Below, piece by piece: positions 36,555 through 38,122 of a stretch of 38,122 nt of DNA. The position numbers and the translations under genes are program-made. The notes beneath the pieces were generated by a model, which had not been told where the DNA came from, searched no databases, and saw nothing but the letters and a program-made list of their open reading frames with translations. Origin of the DNA: a candidate division TA06 bacterium SM23_40 (GTDB lineage Bacteria > LJUI01 > SM1-40); NCBI GenBank assembly GCA_001303705.1, contig LJUI01000022.1, forward strand, positions 1 through 38,122, read 5' to 3'. Position 1 is the stretch's first letter. Each line of letters starts with the position of its first letter.

Positions 36555-37112
36555 ATGTCCGTAGATACCGGATTGCTTGGTCGCATCGAACTCTTCAAGA
36601 ATCTCGAGCCGTCAGAGATCACCGAGGTCGCAAAGCACCTCAAACCGCGGCAGTTCAGTAAGGGCGAGGTCATCTTCAAAGAGAAGGCTCCCGGCGATGA
36701 GATGTTCCTCATCGAGAAGGGGAGCGTGGAGGTGAGCCTTGCCCGCGATGACGTGCTGCTGGTGCTTGCTGAGCTCGGTCGATACTCCTTCTTCGGCGAG
36801 ATGGCTCTCCTCACCCAGCGGGTCCGCTCAGCCACGGTTACCGCCCTCTCGGACTGCGTCCTCTACTCTCTGAAGCGGTCCGATCTGAGCCGTCTGGTGG
36901 AGGAACGTCCGGCGCTCTCGGCGAAAGTCCTGCTGGCGCTCTCGCAGACGCTCTGCGACCGAATCGCCGCCACCAACGACAATCTGGAAACACACTTCCT
37001 CATCAATCGAGCAATAGTCGACAACGAACAGTTCCGGCAGCTGTATATCGGCGCACAGCAGACGAAGGCCCCCCAGGAGGAGAAGGAGACGAAGAGCGCC
37101 AAGGAGAGCTAG
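36555..37112 (+). CDS. Stand-alone cyclic-nucleotide-binding domain protein (no CRP-type HTH)
   Basis: GEVIFKE, MFLIEKGSVEV, phosphate-binding cassette FFGEMALL...RSATVTA. Confidence 0.85.
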   Translation: MSVDTGLLGRIELFKNLEPSEITEVAKHLKPRQFSKGEVIFKEKAPGDEMFLIEKGSVEVSLARDDVLLVLAELGRYSFFGEMALLTQRVRSATVTALSDCVLYSLKRSDLSRLVEERPALSAKVLLALSQTLCDRIAATNDNLETHFLINRAIVDNEQFRQLYIGAQQTKAPQEEKETKSAKES

Positions 37113-37232
37113 CGACCGCTCGGACGGATCGGCTCGCCAGTCGCCAGAGCTGTTTGGCGTCATATCGAGTAGTCTGCCCTTCGTGTACCTTCCGGGATCT
37201 ACCATTCATCCTGCTCATTCTGCCTACTACGT

Positions 37233-37307
37233 GTCCCCATCGTCTAGCGGTTAGGACTCCACTCTTTCAAGGTGGCAACGCGGGTTCGACTCCCGCTGGG
37301 GACACCA
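37233..37307 (+). tRNA. tRNA-Glu, anticodon TTC, CCA encoded
   Basis: Acceptor GTCCCCA/TGGGGAC, D arm GTCTAGCGGTTAGGAC, anticodon stem CCACT/GGTGG with loop CTTTCAA, T arm GCGGG-TTCGACT-CCCGC, 3' ACCA. Confidence 0.97.
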
Positions 37308-37365
37308 GCCTGGGTTTGACTGGTCTGACCCTGGGCTATTATATTGCAGATTTTTCGATTAGCTT

Positions 37366-37540
37366 GTGGGGCCGGTAGGCCTCCAGACCAAGCCACCTCG
37401 GTTGGGAGGCTGAGGGTCCAGCCCCCGGACAACGGTCCCATTTGGAGCTGAGGCGATGGATGCACCGGGTAGAATCGTCTCAGCTCCGCCTGTCTGGGCT
37501 CCCAAGCTGTGGTGCGACTCCCGGACCCTGTGGCCGCCAT
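37366..37540. ncRNA. Candidate structured non-coding RNA, family unassigned
   Basis: Several nested helices forming a three-way junction, flanked by promoter-like and terminator-like signals (see findings). Confidence 0.45.
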
Positions 37541-37575
37541 GCAAGTAGTTATACTGTAAGCAGATATGGTGCAAC

Positions 37576-37601
37576 GGGCGACGCCCACTTTTTTCATTTT
37601 T
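37576..37601 (+). terminator. Short GC hairpin plus U-tract
   Basis: GGGC-GAC-GCCC followed by ACTTTTTTCATTTTT; may double as an UP element for the next promoter. Confidence 0.4.
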
Positions 37602-37604
37602 CAC

Positions 37605-37634
37605 TTGACTCGCCGGGCCGACTGGGTGTACAAT
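37605..37634 (+). promoter_or_regulatory. sigma70-type promoter
   Basis: TTGACT-N18-TACAAT preceded by a T-rich tract. Confidence 0.6.
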
Positions 37635-38031
37635 CACCATAGCCGATTCTTCTCGGCTTTGGAGGATTGAGCCCAGGAAACGGCCGCATATTCGCTAAGG
37701 TCGACGGCGGCGCCTTCCGCTGCCCGGGCCTATTTGAGACTGATTTCCGGCATCGATAGAGTGGGTGGCACACGGAACCAGAGACGGACTTCGATTTCGC
37801 TGACCCGAGCGGTAGAGCTGCTGGGGTCTGTCTATTTTTCGGCGGATACCCCGGCAGAGGAGCGAGGCCACGGTCGGCTGAGTGGCTGTGAGATTGGCAG
37901 GCACGAGGCTCCTCTTCTAACCCACGAGAGGAGGTGAATACGAGACGGGCCGAGATGAATCTGCGCAGCACCTGAGCACAACGGATTTTTGGGCAAACAT
38001 CGACGGTGTTTCCCAGCAGGAGGTCACAACG

Positions 38032-38122
38032 ATGAAAAGGCTCAACAGACGAGGTACCGTCTGTGCGGCGGTCGTGATGGCTGCTGCGCTCGTGGTCGGA
38101 GTTTGGTCCCCGGATGTCAGCG
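38032..38122 (+). CDS. Start of a secreted protein (signal peptide), truncated by the window end
   Basis: AGGAGG RBS, then MKRLNRRGTVCAAVVMAAALVVGVWSPDVS (basic n-region plus hydrophobic h-region). Confidence 0.7.
   Translation, partial: MKRLNRRGTVCAAVVMAAALVVGVWSPDVS

Noticed and set aside
37440-37520. c-di-GMP-II or TPP identity for the structured element
   Set aside because: The GCACC/GGTGC pseudoknot and GCTGAGA are reminiscent, but the kink-turn/GTGCAACC and ACCTGAT cores and the spacing do not fit.
37283-37523. Integrative element att site at tRNA-Glu (GGTTCGACTCCCG versus GGTGCGACTCCCG at 37511-37523)
   Set aside because: Only a 12/13 match that does not extend to the tRNA 3' end, and no integrase is in the window.
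37991-38014. c-di-GMP-I riboswitch suggested by GGGCAAAC
   Set aside because: No GNRA-capped P2 or downstream GCAAAGC/P3 elements; it is a simple hairpin.

Overview
GC-rich bacterial chromosomal window, probably from an uncultured diderm anaerobe (inferred from outer-membrane beta-barrel genes, sigma54 promoters and a group 3b hydrogenase). Left part (+): partial ROK sugar kinase, TIGR00266/AIM24 protein, EamA transporter and a type II P-type ATPase. Centre (-): a 13.4-kb co-oriented block. It runs from a Cache/HAMP histidine kinase and an NtrC-type activator, through a near-consensus sigma54 promoter, to three sensor-less phosphorelay proteins, a four-subunit group 3b [NiFe] hydrogenase (beta, gamma, delta, alpha), a DUF2490-like barrel and a SsuABC/TauABC-family ABC importer. 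Next come a sulfatase-fold hydrolase, a membrane HD-GYP-like protein, and a peptidase/PD40/Omp85-barrel gene split by a -1 frameshift that coincides with an in-phase slippery heptamer. These are followed by a sigma54-driven secreted papain-fold protein, smc, ftsY, an Rrf2 regulator, thiD, a YfhL ferredoxin, an amidohydrolase, a cNMP-binding protein and tRNA-Glu(TTC). The window ends with an unassigned ~175-nt structured RNA candidate and the start of a secreted protein. Five unrelated tandem-repeat arrays (22, 15, 21, 14 and 17/51 bp) lie between 25.0 and 33.5 kb; the 21-bp array is seeded by the ftsY 3' end, and the 22-bp array possibly by the barrel-gene 3' end. No CRISPR array, transposase or integrase was seen. 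All family assignments come from motif recognition by eye, not from database searches.
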